63,766 nt of DNA, filler included, from Octopus bimaculoides (GCF_001194135.2; 7 parts of 5 records of this genome joined end to end with filler, not necessarily neighbours in it), one strand, 5' to 3'; shown: positions 13,549-26,859, counted from the whole stretch's first letter. Numbers and translations are program-made. Notes: generated from the letters alone by a model not told the origin.

Positions 13549-14544
13549 CATGTGAGTTTGTGTGTATCGGTGTGTGTGCGTGTGTGTCTATACAGACTTA
13601 TGTTTATGTGCATGCGGGCACACGTTCGTACGAGCATATCTGTACCATGACGTCTTTAACTAAAGAAGGGAAGTTATTTGTTGTAATAAGACCATGTCAG
13701 TTTAGAGAAGAATGAAATGGCATTGAATAAAATGTTGATGTAAAATGCCTTTGGTGATTAAGCTAATTATTTAGATAATTAAGAAGCGACTACCTCAAGT
13801 TTTCTTTTTCAAAGATTAAGTTTGTGGTATACTGTTGAAAAGTGTCTCGTAAGATAACATAATATATCTGTCTGTGATGTCATTGAACGTTGCATTTAGG
13901 ATGTTGTTTGTATGCTAGCAATATCTCAATGGAGAACTGACGAATGCCGCAGAGTAAGAAGTAAGCTTCCAGTTAAGCGGGACCGCAACAAGGTTTCAAC
14001 CGTTGTTGAAGCCTTTTAACGTCATTTAAGACGTTAATAGCCCTGAGAAAGATACAGACGTAGCATTTCTCTTCGTTTCACGTCCTTTGTTCTTCATAAA
14101 AATTAACCAATGCGTTAAAATTCAGATGACGGCAGTCTTGAAGAAAACAAAGACAAAAGTCATGCAATATATTATTTATATATGTATGTATATGTTCAGC
14201 GTCCAAATCATACATCAGGTGCATCTGATTCTCCGGAGTCACTAAAATAAAATCTAATAATTCACGTGCATCCGTTAGAAGGATTCTATCATCAGCATTT
14301 AGCATGTTCAACTTATCAAGATATAGATACAATTATTGTTATCATATCAAGGAAAACTTGCAGGAATATCAAAGCATTATGCAACACTCCCTATAACACT
14401 TCATTAGTTCCATTTATATACTTTCGTTTTACAACCAGTAACATAACATTAATTAAATCGATTACTCTTTCCGTAAAAGTAAATCTATTTTGCATGAATG
14501 TCAGATGGCTTTATTTTCATTAATTTTGTGACTGAAAAATTTAA

Positions 14545-14712
14545 GGCGGCGAGGGAGCAGAATTAGCCAAAATGTTTAGCAACATTTCTCCCGGCTCTGA
14601 ACGTTCTGAGTTTAAATTCCGCCGATTTCGACTTTGTTTTCTTATTTGAGAAGTCGATAAAATAATATCAGATGAACACCGAAGTTGATGCAATCGATTT
14701 ATCCCTTGTGCC
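14545..14712 (+). mobile_element. SINE family A, decayed
   Basis: GGCGGCGAGGGAGCAGAA...CGTTCTGAGTTTAAATTCCGCCGA. Confidence 0.75.
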
Positions 14713-14780
14713 ATGACTATCCCATCCTTCGTCCGTATGATTTTATACAATCATCTATATTGATGTATATTGATGTATAT

Positions 14781-14840
<60 letters not shown>

Positions 14841-15360
14841 CCCTCTTTCCTCTCTGCCTGCTGGTGACACTTGACCCGTTTCCGGCCTTTCTTGCTCTAC
14901 CCTTTTTACTCCAGTTGCGTAGATAACCAGTCTTAAATTTTTTTCTACCCACTGCATCCGTCTTGCTATTTGCGGTCTTTCTAATCCTTTAGGATTGTAC
15001 TCCAAGTGTTACCCACCATTCGTCTTCTTTTGGCCCTAAGGCTGTATTCTATTCGTTTTGTATTTATTTCGTCTTTATCCTTCGTCCATCGTCTTAAATT
15101 ACATTCATTCACTTTCGTATGTCTACTTCTGTATTGCCAAATTTACCAGTTACCAAAATTTTGAATAAGTTGACATTCTAAAAGTGCTTTCTTGATTTTT
15201 ACTTTTACGATATTAATAACCCTAAAATGGAGGTTTTGTATTATCTCCGATGTTTTTCCACTCCCTATATGTCCAGTGAAATTATATGAATATATGTGCG
15301 TGAATGGGAGTATATGAGTGAGCGTATATTGTATTCACACATGTATGTATATATGTATGT

Positions 15361-16620
15361 ATTAGAGTCGGTACCAAAGTTCATGGGCTGACCACTTATG
15401 GAAGGCGACCAAACGAGGTTTATTTTTCAACATAGAGCCGTTTGCAGTCCACATACTTCTCCCATCAGTGTTGTGTGGATCCTGTTGGTGAATAAGCTTT
15501 CATCTTGTTGGTCAAAAACGTCATCAAAGGCCGATATGACGCGATCATCACTGCGATACTGGTTCCCAGACAAGTATTTTTTCATGTTAAAGAACAGATA
15601 ATAGTTAGATGGAGCCAAATTTGGAGAAGGGGGATGATCACACAGTCACGCACAGTAGCAGTTGCAACCAAGCATTTGTGTGCTGGAGCATTATTCTAAT
15701 GAAGTAAGACTTCTTTCATCATTTTCCTGGGAGTTTGGGCTTGATAGCCTTTCGTACATGCCTCGGCAAATTGCTATAGTACTGTCCATTGATTATGTGG
15801 CCTTTTTAAGAATAATCGATAAACACAACATATTTTGCATCCAAAAAAACTGAAGCCATCACTTTCCTTCAGATGAAATGATTTTGGCTTTCATTGAGCA
15901 GGTGTGTAAGGAAGTTTCCGCTGTACGGTTTTCTCTTTCTCTCTGGCTAAAAGTACAAAACCTAACACTCATCCTTGGTTAGATAACGTTTAAGTAAACC
16001 ACTTAGATCTATCTCAAACAATGTCAGATTTTCCCGTGATATGACCAGCCTGGTACGCTTTTGATCATGTGTCACGTGTCATGATGCCCGCCGAACAAGA
16101 TACCTTCGTCATGCCAAGTTTAATGTGCAGAATATTCTTAACTCTCTTACGGTATAAGCTAATAGGATTGAGTTTTAATCTATAGCCAATCAGCTGTCAT
16201 CCATGAGCATGTGATGACCATGACCAATGTTTCCTTCGGTGATGAGAGTTTCAGGACGTTCAGACCTTGGGTCATCTTCAAGACATCCTATTCCCCTCTT
16301 ATATTCACTTTTGCACTGTCGATAAAACTTGAGCAACATCCTCTAATGTAGCAACCATGTCAGTATTAATGTCGCTTGGGGCTAAACCATTTTTCTGCAG
16401 GTACATAATAACAGAGTGATACCAAAGTTTGTCAGTTTTCAAGAGAAATCGCAACTAGTTACTTTTGAAATCGTATTTGAACGGTTAGACATTATTTTAC
16501 TTGGAAAGGAACAATGCAGCCATTAATATAGACAGATGAAGTTAATACTTGCAACACTTCACAGCTCTTGTATAAATCCCTCATAGTCAGTCCTTGAAAT
16601 TTTCAGCTCACACTTGCATG
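15361..16620 (-). mobile_element. Mariner (D,D34D), full-length, degenerate
   Basis: Transposase remnants from N-terminus (DMVATLEDVA) through TPDQKRTR-like, MASVFLD, H*NNAPAH and HPP.SPNLAPSNYYLF. Degenerate terminal inverted repeats near 15361 and 16620. Confidence 0.88.
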
Positions 16621-17859
16621 TATGTATGTATATATTTACATATATATACTTGTATGTATGTATGTATGTATGTATGTATGTATGTATGTATATATGTATG
16701 CATGTATGTATGTATGCGTGCATGCATGTATATAAGTAATGATGTATGCATGTATGAATGTGCATATGAACGTGTTAATGTGTTTATTTCTATTATACTA
16801 TGAATCTAAGGGACGTTGTTTGTACTTTAATTTTAATTGAAACAGTCTATTCTATACTATAATTGGTTTCATATATGTTTTCCTTTAATTACACATTCTG
16901 TTACAATGAAATTTTCGAGTATATTGTCTGGTTTATACACTTGACGATATTCAAATAGAAATATTTTTTTCCATACAAATTCATAATCAAAAACTGTCAT
17001 GTTGGCTTCCCAATCACACACCCATTCTCTCTCTATCTCTATCTCTCTCTACATTCCCTCTATCGCTCTCTCACTTTCTCTCTCTTTCACACACACGCCC
17101 GCCCACACAAACACACACCCACACACACGAACACGGAAAGAAACATTTCGCAATTGGTCTTTTGACATGCTGTTATGGTTTCTTTACAATCACCAACGGC
17201 ATTTGACGTTTTTGATTTGCATTGACTTCAAAGATAATAATGTATGCCAAGTTTCGAAAATATATTGTTACTAATTACAGTAAAAAAATTTTCATTATTC
17301 TAATTCATTCTTTTGACTTTTTTTAAAACATGCCTATGTGTCTTGAAAATATTCGTAAAGAATTTTGCGTACAATTTTTTACAATTTTTATTACAATCCA
17401 AATTTTCATTTTTGTTCCAATAGAAATTTTAAAACACGCGCACACTCATACCCCTCCTCTCTCACACACACACATACAGTAACACATACAGCACTAACAG
17501 TGCGCACAAATACACAGCATGCACACATTTACAGCATGCACACACACATTCACCCACATATACGCACTCACTCTGTCATTAACATACAGCAATTATCCAC
17601 TCTCTCACACACACAGCATACACACGCACACACATATAACACACACACACATACACATGCACTCTCACACATATACTCTTATATACATATGGAGAACACA
17701 GACGTAGAGCACACACGCACACATGCTTACACACACACACAGATATTTAATTTTGCATAGATTAATACATAATTTCAGGTTTTAAGTTATTACAATACAT
17801 GTTTATGCCTTTTTTTATTTTGTCACTTTGTTGATACGTTTTGACTTTCCTAATTACAA

Positions 17860-18450
17860 TATTACATTGATTTCATCTATCCGAGATTCAAAAATCCTAC
17901 AGAATTGTCCTCTTTGAATTGCATCCTGGTTCCTGTCAATGAAATGTTGAGAAAAATCAATTCAACATGTATGAGATCTTTTCAAGGAACAATGAAAGAA
18001 GACCGTTCGTTCAATTTCATGAGTGAAAGAGGTAATAACTTTCATTTTCCTACAGAATTTGTTGATTCACTTAAACTAGACGGATGACTCGCATAAAATC
18101 GAATTTAAGAGAGGCTTTCCCTTAATTTCAATGAAAAACTTAGATCTTCGATTACATTGAAATCGATGATCGTGTATGAAATGCACGACAATCAAATCAT
18201 AGCATAGATCAATGTTTGTGGATTTAGAAACGACATTGTCATGATTTCTCGAACTAAGCTCAATATATCAGAAGGTTTGTTGCGATGTATTGGTTCCGTG
18301 GACACAGCTACCGATACGGCTGTGTTTTGCTAAAGATAAAGCACGAAGGCAGACCATGCAGAATGACTTAAATTATCTTGAAAAAACAGTATTCCAGCAT
18401 ACTCAAGTGTATGTGGTTTTATGCCAGGGAATAAGGGATGAAAATGTTCT
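17860..18450 (+). mobile_element. Helitron Pif1-like helicase fragment (highly decayed)
   Basis: ILVPVNE..FPTEFVDSLKLDG and QLPIRLCFA..KARRQT...VFQHTQVYV, matching Pif1 helicase motifs. Confidence 0.75.
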
Positions 18451-18607
18451 TAAAAAAATACCACAAATGTTGCCATAAAAAGCGTTCTTCTTTAAACATC
18501 CAAGAAATACAATTGTCTTTCTCTTTTAATATGGAAACATTATCAAAACCCTATCACACAATGCAATGATATTCACAATCTTCTTCTTGCATTTAACAGA
18601 TCACTAT

Positions 18608-19900
18608 TATTTGGATAGTTCCAATTAAAGAAATCCAGATCTAAGTTCCTCATTGAAATTATGGGAGAGCCTCTCTTCAGTTCCAGGTCATCGTATAAAT
18701 ATGTAATTTATATCAAATTTTGCAGTATTTTAAAATGTGAAATTGAATTGATTGAAACTCACATGAATTTGGAAATCTTTAACTTAATATAATTTATTTT
18801 TACAGAATAATCTGAAGTAATCACTAATATTAACCCCGCAAAGATGGACGCATCGAAGGAGCATTTAATACATTTAAGGCAGAAACAACCCGACATATTT
18901 ATTTTGTTCATGGGAAAGCATGCTTGAACGAAAGACGTTGCAGAAAATGGTTTGCAAAGTTCAAAAACGGTGATTTCAGTCTAAGAGAGAGGTTACGAAT
19001 AGGATGCCCAGTTGAATTTGTTGATGAGCTTCTTTTGTCAGTTTGAGAAAGATAATACTGTGTAAGTTGAGGAATTGGCAACAAAATTCAGTTCAAGCTA
19101 TTCAACTGTTTACCGCTAACTTCAACAGCTTGGAAAGGTGCCCAAATTCATAAAATAGGTTCCCCATTATTTGAAAGAAGCCAACCGAACATCACGAATG
19201 GACATCTACTCATCTATTCACTCGTGTGATAGTGTCACACTATTTTTGAACAGATTAGTGATTTGTGATTAAAAATTGATTTTTTATGATAATGTTAAGT
19301 GACGAAGGCTTAGGAGAACAGGCTAAATCACAACCCAAAAAGGACCTCCATGCAAGAAAAGCTCTTTCTGTTTGGTGATGTTGTATTGGAGTGATCCACT
19401 TTGAGCTTCTACCAACTAATGCAACAATTACTACTCAAACCCATTGCCAGCAATTAGGGCGTTTGGATGCTGTTTTGAAAAAAGGCCTGCGTTGGCAAAT
19501 CGTAAGGAAGTGGTGTTTCATCATGACAATGTAAAACCCCACACTGCAAATACTGCATCAGAAAAAATCAAAGAATTTGGCAGGGGAAAAAAATCCCTCA
19601 CTCACCTTACTCCCCGAAACCTGCTCTTTCTGATTACCATTTCTTTTGAAGATTACAAAATCATTTAGACGGATTCGTACTTAAAATCCTCAACATAGTC
19701 GTAACCGACCACTCTTCCTTCTTCTCATCACAGCCAAAAGAGATGTTTACCAATGGAGTTCAAAACCCGATGAGTAGATGGAAGGAAGTCATCGATAATG
19801 ATGAAAATTATAAACAGATTTAAATTTTAATACAATATAAAAGCAGATTACTGTTTTCTTACCCGAAATTCGGATATTACTTATGGGATGGCTTGACATA
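18608..19900 (+). mobile_element. Mariner, full-length, degenerate
   Basis: RKWFAKFKNGDFSL, RLVICD*KLIFYDN, VIHFELLP, KRPALANRKEVVFHHDNVKPH and PYSP..SDYHFF; weak terminal inverted repeats. Ends approximate. Confidence 0.85.
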
Positions 19901-19989
19901 TGCTTAAGTGCAATTCAACATATTTACAAATAAATCCACGCATTTTTACTGTTTAACACCTGGTAACAAAGAGTAGCAAACAGTTAAAA

Positions 19990-20863
19990 TACAGAGGGGT
20001 ATCCAAAACTAACCGGTAACATTCTTAGTAGGACAAGCTCGTCGTAGCTGAGGCTCGTGCCGCTAGAAACTACTTGATGCCATTCTCATACGTAAATCTG
20101 CTGACCGGCGTCCTCGTGTAGAGTCGCACTGCCACATTGTGCGTCTTTGTTTTGTAGTGCATCTACTCTGTCCGTCGATTTTTGCGATGGCTGAAACGAA
20201 GGAAGAGCTCCTTGAAATTCTGTTTTCTGCTGGTGGAAATAGCGACCGAAGCAATTGTCATGCTTCAAACAGTTTACAAGGACGCTGCCTTAAACAAAAC
20301 ACAAGTTTACGAGTGGTTTTGAGGCTTCTAGAAAGGTTACTTGTCGTTTGAAGACCAATCTCGTTCAAGGGAGACCGTCGACCTCCCGAAAGAATGAAAA
20401 CATCAGTAAAATTCATGAACTGATCTTGGAGGACCGTCACCGAATAATTGACGAAGTTGTTGATATGACGGATGTGTCCTGGAGCTCCTCCAAACGAATT
20501 TTGAGTGATGAATCACGAATGAAAAGATTTGCAGCAAAATTTGTACAACTCTTACTCACAAAAGACCAAAAGCAGTCACGAGTGGAAGCTGATCCGGACC
20601 TTTTTTCGCAGGTCATCACTGGTGACGGAAGCTGGTGCTATGTAATTTGCAGATGTTGAAGAGGTAAAGAAAAACAGCGGAGGTGTTAAAAGGCATCACT
20701 TTGCAAGAGTTCCAGGACTGCTTCGAACAGTAGGAAACGCGTCTGGACCGATGCATTGCTTCAAATAGAGAATACTTTGAAGGCAATAAAAGTGTAAACA
20801 CGTAAAAGTAAATGAATAAAGTAATATTGCAAAATTCCGATTTCTTTTGGTTACATCGTCGTA
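19990..20863 (+). mobile_element. Internally deleted (non-autonomous) mariner
   Basis: N-terminal HTH region (GRPSTSRKNENISKIHELILEDRH), VITGDGSWCY, then a direct jump to the C-terminal EFQDCFEQ...RCIASNREYFEG. TAC..GTA ends with degenerate TIRs. Confidence 0.85.
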
Positions 20864-20939
20864 TACATCGCATCGAAATTTGTATAACCTTTTCAATGAT
20901 ATTTTAAACTGTTAAGTATTGGACATTTTAAATATTACA

Positions 20940-21630
20940 GGCGTGGCTGTGTGGCAAGTAGCTTGCTTACCAATCACATGGTTCCGGGTTCAGTCCTACT
21001 GTATGGCACCTTGGGCAAGTGTCTTCTACTACAGCCGCGGGCCGACAAAAGTCTTGTGAGTGGATTTGGTAGACGGAATCTGAAAGACGCCAGTTGTATA
21101 TATATNNNNNNNNNNNNNNNNNNNNNNNNNNNNNNNNNNNNNNNNNNNNNNNNNNNNNNNNNNNNNNNNNNNNNNNNNNNNNNNNNNNNNNNNNNNNNNN
21201 NNNNNNNNNNNNNNNNNNNNNNNNNNNNNNNNNNNNNNNNNNNNNNNNNNNNNNNNNNNNNNNNNNNNNNNNNNNNNNNNNNNNNNNNNNNNNNNNNNNN
21301 NNNNNNNNNNNNNNNNNNNNNNNNNNNNNNNNNNNNNNNNNNNNNNNNNNNNNNNNNNNNNNNNNNNNNNNNNNNNNNNNNNNNNNNNNNNNNNNTGTGT
21401 GTGTATGTGTGTGTGTGTGTGTGCATGTCCGTGTTTGTCTCTTCATCATTGCTTGATAACCGCTGTTGGTGTGTTTACGACCCCGTAACTTAGCGATTCG
21501 GCAAAAGAGGCCGATACAAAAAGTACTAATCTTGCAAAGAGTAAGTCATGTGGTCGATTCGTTCGACTAAAGGCGGTGCTCCAGCATGGCCGCAGTCAAA
21601 TGACTGAAACAAATAAAAGAGTAAAAGAAA
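20940..21630 (+). mobile_element. tRNA-derived SINE, family B, with internal (TA)n/(GT)n
   Basis: GTGGCTGTGTGG head, GGTTCAGTCC box, CCTTGGGCAAGTGTCTT, internal microsatellite spanning a gap, tail GGCGGTGCTCCAGCATGGCCGCAGTC..AAATAAAAGA. Confidence 0.85.
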
Positions 21631-21774
21631 CATGAACAGCATTATAACTGATATAGTTCTGTTGTAGTTTATGCATTGAATCAAAGTCTTTTCACACTGA
21701 ATAGCATAAACAAATATAGACGCAAGATCTTCCAAACTTCTGTCGCAATACATAATGTATATATGTGTATATGA

Positions 21775-21827
<53 letters not shown>

Positions 21828-22273
21828 TGTGAGAGAGAGAATATGTATTTGTGGGGTGTTTATCCATCCATTCATCTATTTTTCTGTCTATCTAATTATC
21901 TATCTTTCTATCCATCTATTTATATATCTTTTTATCTACCGATCTAGCTATCTTTCTAATCTTTCAGTCTATCTATTATATATGTGTGTGTGTATGCATG
22001 TATGTATGCATGTATGTATGTATGTATGTATATAAATATAAGATCCAAGGATCGAGGTGTAGGAAGCTAGTGAAGTTCAAGCAGTCCGTAGAAGATATAA
22101 AAAAAACTTCCAGAAATAATAGTGGTTTATTGACGTAGAAGATTGTGAATTTTTCCTGTATTGAAGTATGAAAAGCTGGTAAACAAGTGAATCTTATTGT
22201 TGACGGTTAGTAAATAGTGTTTCTATATATGCAAGTAAACAACCAAAAGTTACGGAACGGTGTAGTTAAAATA

Positions 22274-22362
22274 CCGGCTACATAAGTTTCATAGCTAGCG
22301 GAACCACGGAAGCAGTAAATTGTGCAGACGAAGGATAGAGCGCAAGCTACTCTTCAGGCCAG
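22274..22362 (-). ncRNA. Type I hammerhead ribozyme (canonical core)
   Basis: Minus strand: stem I CUGGC/GCCGG; core CUGAAGA (22357-22351); stem II GUAGCUUGCG/CGCUAGCUAU (9 of 10 paired, 40-nt loop); GAAA; stem III AC-UUAU-GU; cleavage triplet GUA (cut between 22279 and 22278). Confidence 0.75.
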
Positions 22363-22454
22363 GCCGACAATACCTTGATTACATAAAGTTTACTTCTTCG
22401 TTGAGAGATCTCATCTTAACTCGTGATGGATTGGATTGAAATGCGCAGAAAGTG

Positions 22455-22489
<35 letters not shown>

Positions 22490-22873
22490 NNNNNNNNNNN
22501 NNNNNNNNNNNNNNNNNNNNNNNNNNNNNNNNNNNNNNNNNNNNNNNNNNNNNNNNNNNNNNNNNNNNNNNNNNNNNNNNNNNNNNNNNNNNNNNNNNNN
22601 NNNNNNNNNNNNNNNNNNNNNNNNNNNNNNNNNNNNNNNNNNNNNNNNNNNNNNNNNNNNNNNNNNNNNNNNNNNNNNNNNNNNNNNNNNNNNNNNNNNN
22701 NNNNNNNNNNNNNNNNNNNNNNNNNNNNNNNNNNNNNNNNNNNNNNNNNNNNNNNNNNNNNNNNNNNNNNNNNNNNNNNNNNNNNNNNNNNNNNNNNNNN
22801 NNNNNNNNNNNNNNNNNNNNNNNNNNNNNNNNNNNNNNNNNNNNNNNNNNNNNNNNNNNNNNNNNNNNNNNNN

Positions 22874-23499
22874 TGAAACCCGAGTGCTTTTCTTTGGTCA
22901 GCTGAAAGCAGTTTTGGCACAAACTTGGCAGACACGCGTCCCATACCCAAGTCTTCAGTGATAATAGACTGAACTGAACCATAACTAATCTTCACGTCCT
23001 CTGATAACTCACGGATGGTGATTCGATGATTTCCCCTCACGGACATCTGCAATGTCTTTCTCAGTCCTGCTGGTTGCGTGCCTCCCAGAACGTTCGTCAA
23101 TATCGACATTCTTTCGGCCATCTTGGAAGCGTTTGAACGACTCATACACTTTTGTGCTGCTCATACACTCCATACACTTTCTGCAACTTTGCATAGTCTT
23201 CTGAGCAGGTGTCGCCTTATCAACTTTCTCTGCCATGGTCAATGCGATGATCACATGCTACAAGCCTTCATTCCAAGCATCGTTATAAACAGCGGAAGTG
23301 AGCTAGAACGTTATAACTTACTGCGCGTGCACAGCAGAGTTCAAGATCAATCTTTGCGAAGTGCCTTTACTCTGCATGCCTTTGCTTCGTTACTATGGCA
23401 ACTATCCGAATGCTTATTGATCGGACCTCGTATATCATTATCAAGATTTCCTAACTGATGCAACCAGTCTTTGGGGGTGCTACTCGCGACACACTCGTA
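22874..23499 (-). mobile_element. Mariner 5' half (rest lost in gap)
   Basis: KVYESFKRFQDGRKNVDIDERSGRHATSRT and RITIRELSEDVKISYGSVQSIITEDLGMGRVSAKFVPKLLSADQ; TACGAG terminus at 23499. Confidence 0.85.
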
Positions 23500-23668
23500 G
23501 TCAACTCTCGCCACTAGTCTCTGTTCTCTAGCATGCATGGTAGGTTCGCATCATTCTGACCTGTCCAGTCTTAGATCCGGTCAAACCAGGATTTTGCTTG
23601 TGTGCCTCTCTTTCGCCCTCCCTCAACTGTGCCCTGAAGATAGGCAGACAAGCAAGCACAAAGACACC

Positions 23669-23707
<39 letters not shown>

Positions 23708-23829
23708 GCATACGGATTTATATGTAAGAAATCTATAAGTATTTATGAGTGCATATATGTGATTGTATGTGTGCGTACACACACACACACATATACATAC
23801 ATACATACATACATACATACATAAACATA

Positions 23830-23861
<32 letters not shown>

Positions 23862-23949
23862 ATATAATCATTATTTCTATAGTTACAAAACGAAAGCAAA
23901 CGAAGAATGAAGTTAATACGGATTAATTCCCCTGCTATAATGTGTGTGT

Positions 23950-23983
<34 letters not shown>

Positions 23984-24086
23984 AAGTGAGAGAGAGAGCT
24001 TTTATTTGAGTGTGTTTGGGTGTACGCAGTTGTGTGTGCGTGTGCGAGTGAGTACACGCGCGCATACACGCACAAACACACACACA

Positions 24087-24146
<60 letters not shown>

Positions 24147-25335
24147 CATATATATACGTATATTCATATATATAAATGCATACATGCATAGATATATACA
24201 CAGATTTATATGTACACACATATATGCATATATGTGTGTATATAAAGCCTGTATATAAATATAAAAAGAATTGAAAAAAAGGTAATCGATCGGGCTGTGA
24301 AAGGAGTTAAGAGTTGCTTTTAAAACAATTGCTATTGCAAGTCTCTCATCACAGTAGGGTGTATCGAGATGCAATAGTCGTTTGAAATATAAAGGAATTA
24401 GCCAGATTATAAACATTGTTGGAAAATTAACTGGTTTACAGAATTAGCTAGTGGAAATGTCATGAGGAAGGAGTGAGTTATAACTGACAGTATACATACG
24501 GGAGTAACAAATCTTACATGAGAATCTTTCTGAAAGCAAAACAAAATAATAAATAAATGAGAAATCGAATGCGAGCTCAAGCACAAAAAAGACAATAGAT
24601 TGTTCAAAACGAGTGAACTCGTGATAGAAAATAGGTTCAGGAAATATATAAGATTGGACCCCAAGGATTGACAGAAATCTTTAAAAGTGTCTATCAAGAA
24701 GCTATTGAAGCTTACCTAAAGAGTAAGTAATTGTCAAACGGATTAGAAACCATATAGGGAGAACGAGGCAGAGCAATGTAAACGATAAACAATCTCATAT
24801 TGTATGAAATAAGTTTTTAAGTAAAACATTTCGGGTAAGCAATTCCAGACGTAAAAGAATGTAATGAATGTGGATTAAAGCAGGTAAGAAAAGATCAGTG
24901 TCAGCTAGAAAATCCCCAGCATAGAGGATTTTCTTTCACTTCACTTTCTACCAACTAATTCAGCACTGGCTAGGAACCTCCATACCGTTCTGTGGGCAGC
25001 GACACCAAAATCTTCCTCTTTCACTCTTCATCTTTCTTTTAGTTATCTCTTCATTTATTTCTCTCTCCTTGCTATCTACCTCTCTCTCTCTCTTCCCCCC
25101 CCTCTCTCTCTATCTATCTGTCTGTCGTTCTCTTTTCCTGTGTTTGTTTCTCTCTATCATATATTCCTTTGATACTTTGTCTCTCATTGACAGTTTTTTT
25201 TTCTTTTTTTATTTCCCATTCCATATATTTCCCCTATCACTTTCCCTGAGCCACATCTATTTACTTTTCTTCGCAATTTCTACTACGACTACAACTAATT
25301 CTCTCTCTCTCTTTCGCTCTCTCTTTCTCTCTCTT

Positions 25336-25379
<44 letters not shown>

Positions 25380-26559
25380 ACCCTCTCTCTCTCTCTTCAC
25401 TTCTCGCTCTGTTCTATCTTTCTTTCCATTTTCATCTTTGTTTTAGTTCTTTCTCTATATATTATGTTTGTTTCCTTTCTTCTAATCCTATTTTACTTGT
25501 ATGTGATTTTAAAATATACAGGACAGGGTTTGTGCCTAGACGACTTACGTATATTTTTCTTCACGAATGAATACAACTATTTAGTGAAAAGGCCATCAGC
25601 AGTAGATTGGGTCCACGTTTTTCTCGGACAAATTCAAAGAAAAACAACGAAATGGGTCAAGTTTTCTCCGCTAAAATGGACAACAAATTCCACTAATGTT
25701 CTACAATACAATGTACACCGCTAGACTAGGTTGTCTTTGCATGACAGAAATACCTGCAATGAATACCTTCACGCCTGTCGCATACTAAAGCTGCTTTGAA
25801 AAATCACCTAAAACGTCAAAAATAATGGCAATAACATCAAATATATTAAAAGATATCCATGATAGGAAAACAAAAAAAAAAGGAGAGCGATATACAAGAA
25901 AACAGGGCCAGGAAAATCATAGACACACGTCTGAGGGAGACAGAATATACAGAATCAAAATTGGAAATATTTCGTAAATACGTGAAACAAATATAAGGAA
26001 TCTTTCCTCACAACCATCTAGATAGCTACCCATCCAAGCAGTAATCCACCCATCAACCCAACCATCAATCCATCCGTTAAAACATTCAGCTTACCTGTTA
26101 TCAAAATGTATTCCACTTATTAATTTGTTTAACTCGAGATAAACCTTGACAAATCAAAAGAAGATTGTACAGGTATGAACATTCCAGTATGTTCTCTTTT
26201 CTTCCTGGGTACCTAATGAATTCACTTGTGAATTAGCAAGGAATTCTATTCGTGGTCAGGCGATTCGCAAGAAACAGTACCTAAGTGCACACTACTGTCT
26301 TAAAAATCGAACGACATATTCCATAATGTAGACTTTGATAACCGAAAAGACGCAATGGAAATAATTATAGTGATCGATATATTTGATCAGAACTGGTTTG
26401 AATATAAATAAAAGTAACATCAAAACGTGAATATGTTTTTTTTTTTTCCTTTTTTTGTACGTAAAAATAGGCATGAACATTACAACTTATTGTTATCACA
26501 CGGAGATTTGCAAATTTCAGAATAATTGCCGCCCAAGTAAAGCAGTAACCATTATTTGG

Positions 26560-26735
26560 TGCGATTGAGACCAATCGCAGAATCTTTACCACACTGGACA
26601 AAATACCTAGCGGCATTTCGTCCGTCTTTACGTTCTGAGTTCAGATTCCGCCGAGGTGGCTTTACCATTCGTCGTTTCGGGGGTAACACAAAATAAATAC
26701 CATTTGAACATGGAATCGAAGTAATCGATCTCCCA

Positions 26736-26785
<50 letters not shown>

Positions 26786-26818
26786 ACCAGAAATTGCTGG
26801 CCTTGTGCCGAAATTTTA
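26560..26818 (+). mobile_element. SINE family A (alternative tail) split by an internal (CA)n
   Basis: CGTTCTGAGTTCAGATTCCGCCGAGG core; tail GCCTTGTGCCGAAATTT resumes after (CA)n at about 26737-26785. Confidence 0.75.
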
Positions 26819-26859
26819 AATCATTATTTAGTGCGATTAAAGTAGTAGGGCAGCAGAAT

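Noticed and set aside
14265-14296. CUGAUGA followed by a 5-bp hairpin on the minus strand
   Set aside because: No GAAA follows the hairpin.
24860-25724. Candidate upstream (signal-peptide) exons for the CA10-like gene: CAG|GTAAGA near 24883 and the hydrophobic ORF at 25464
   Set aside because: The first gives only MWIKA; the second has no suitable phase-1 donor and lies in pyrimidine-rich low-complexity DNA.
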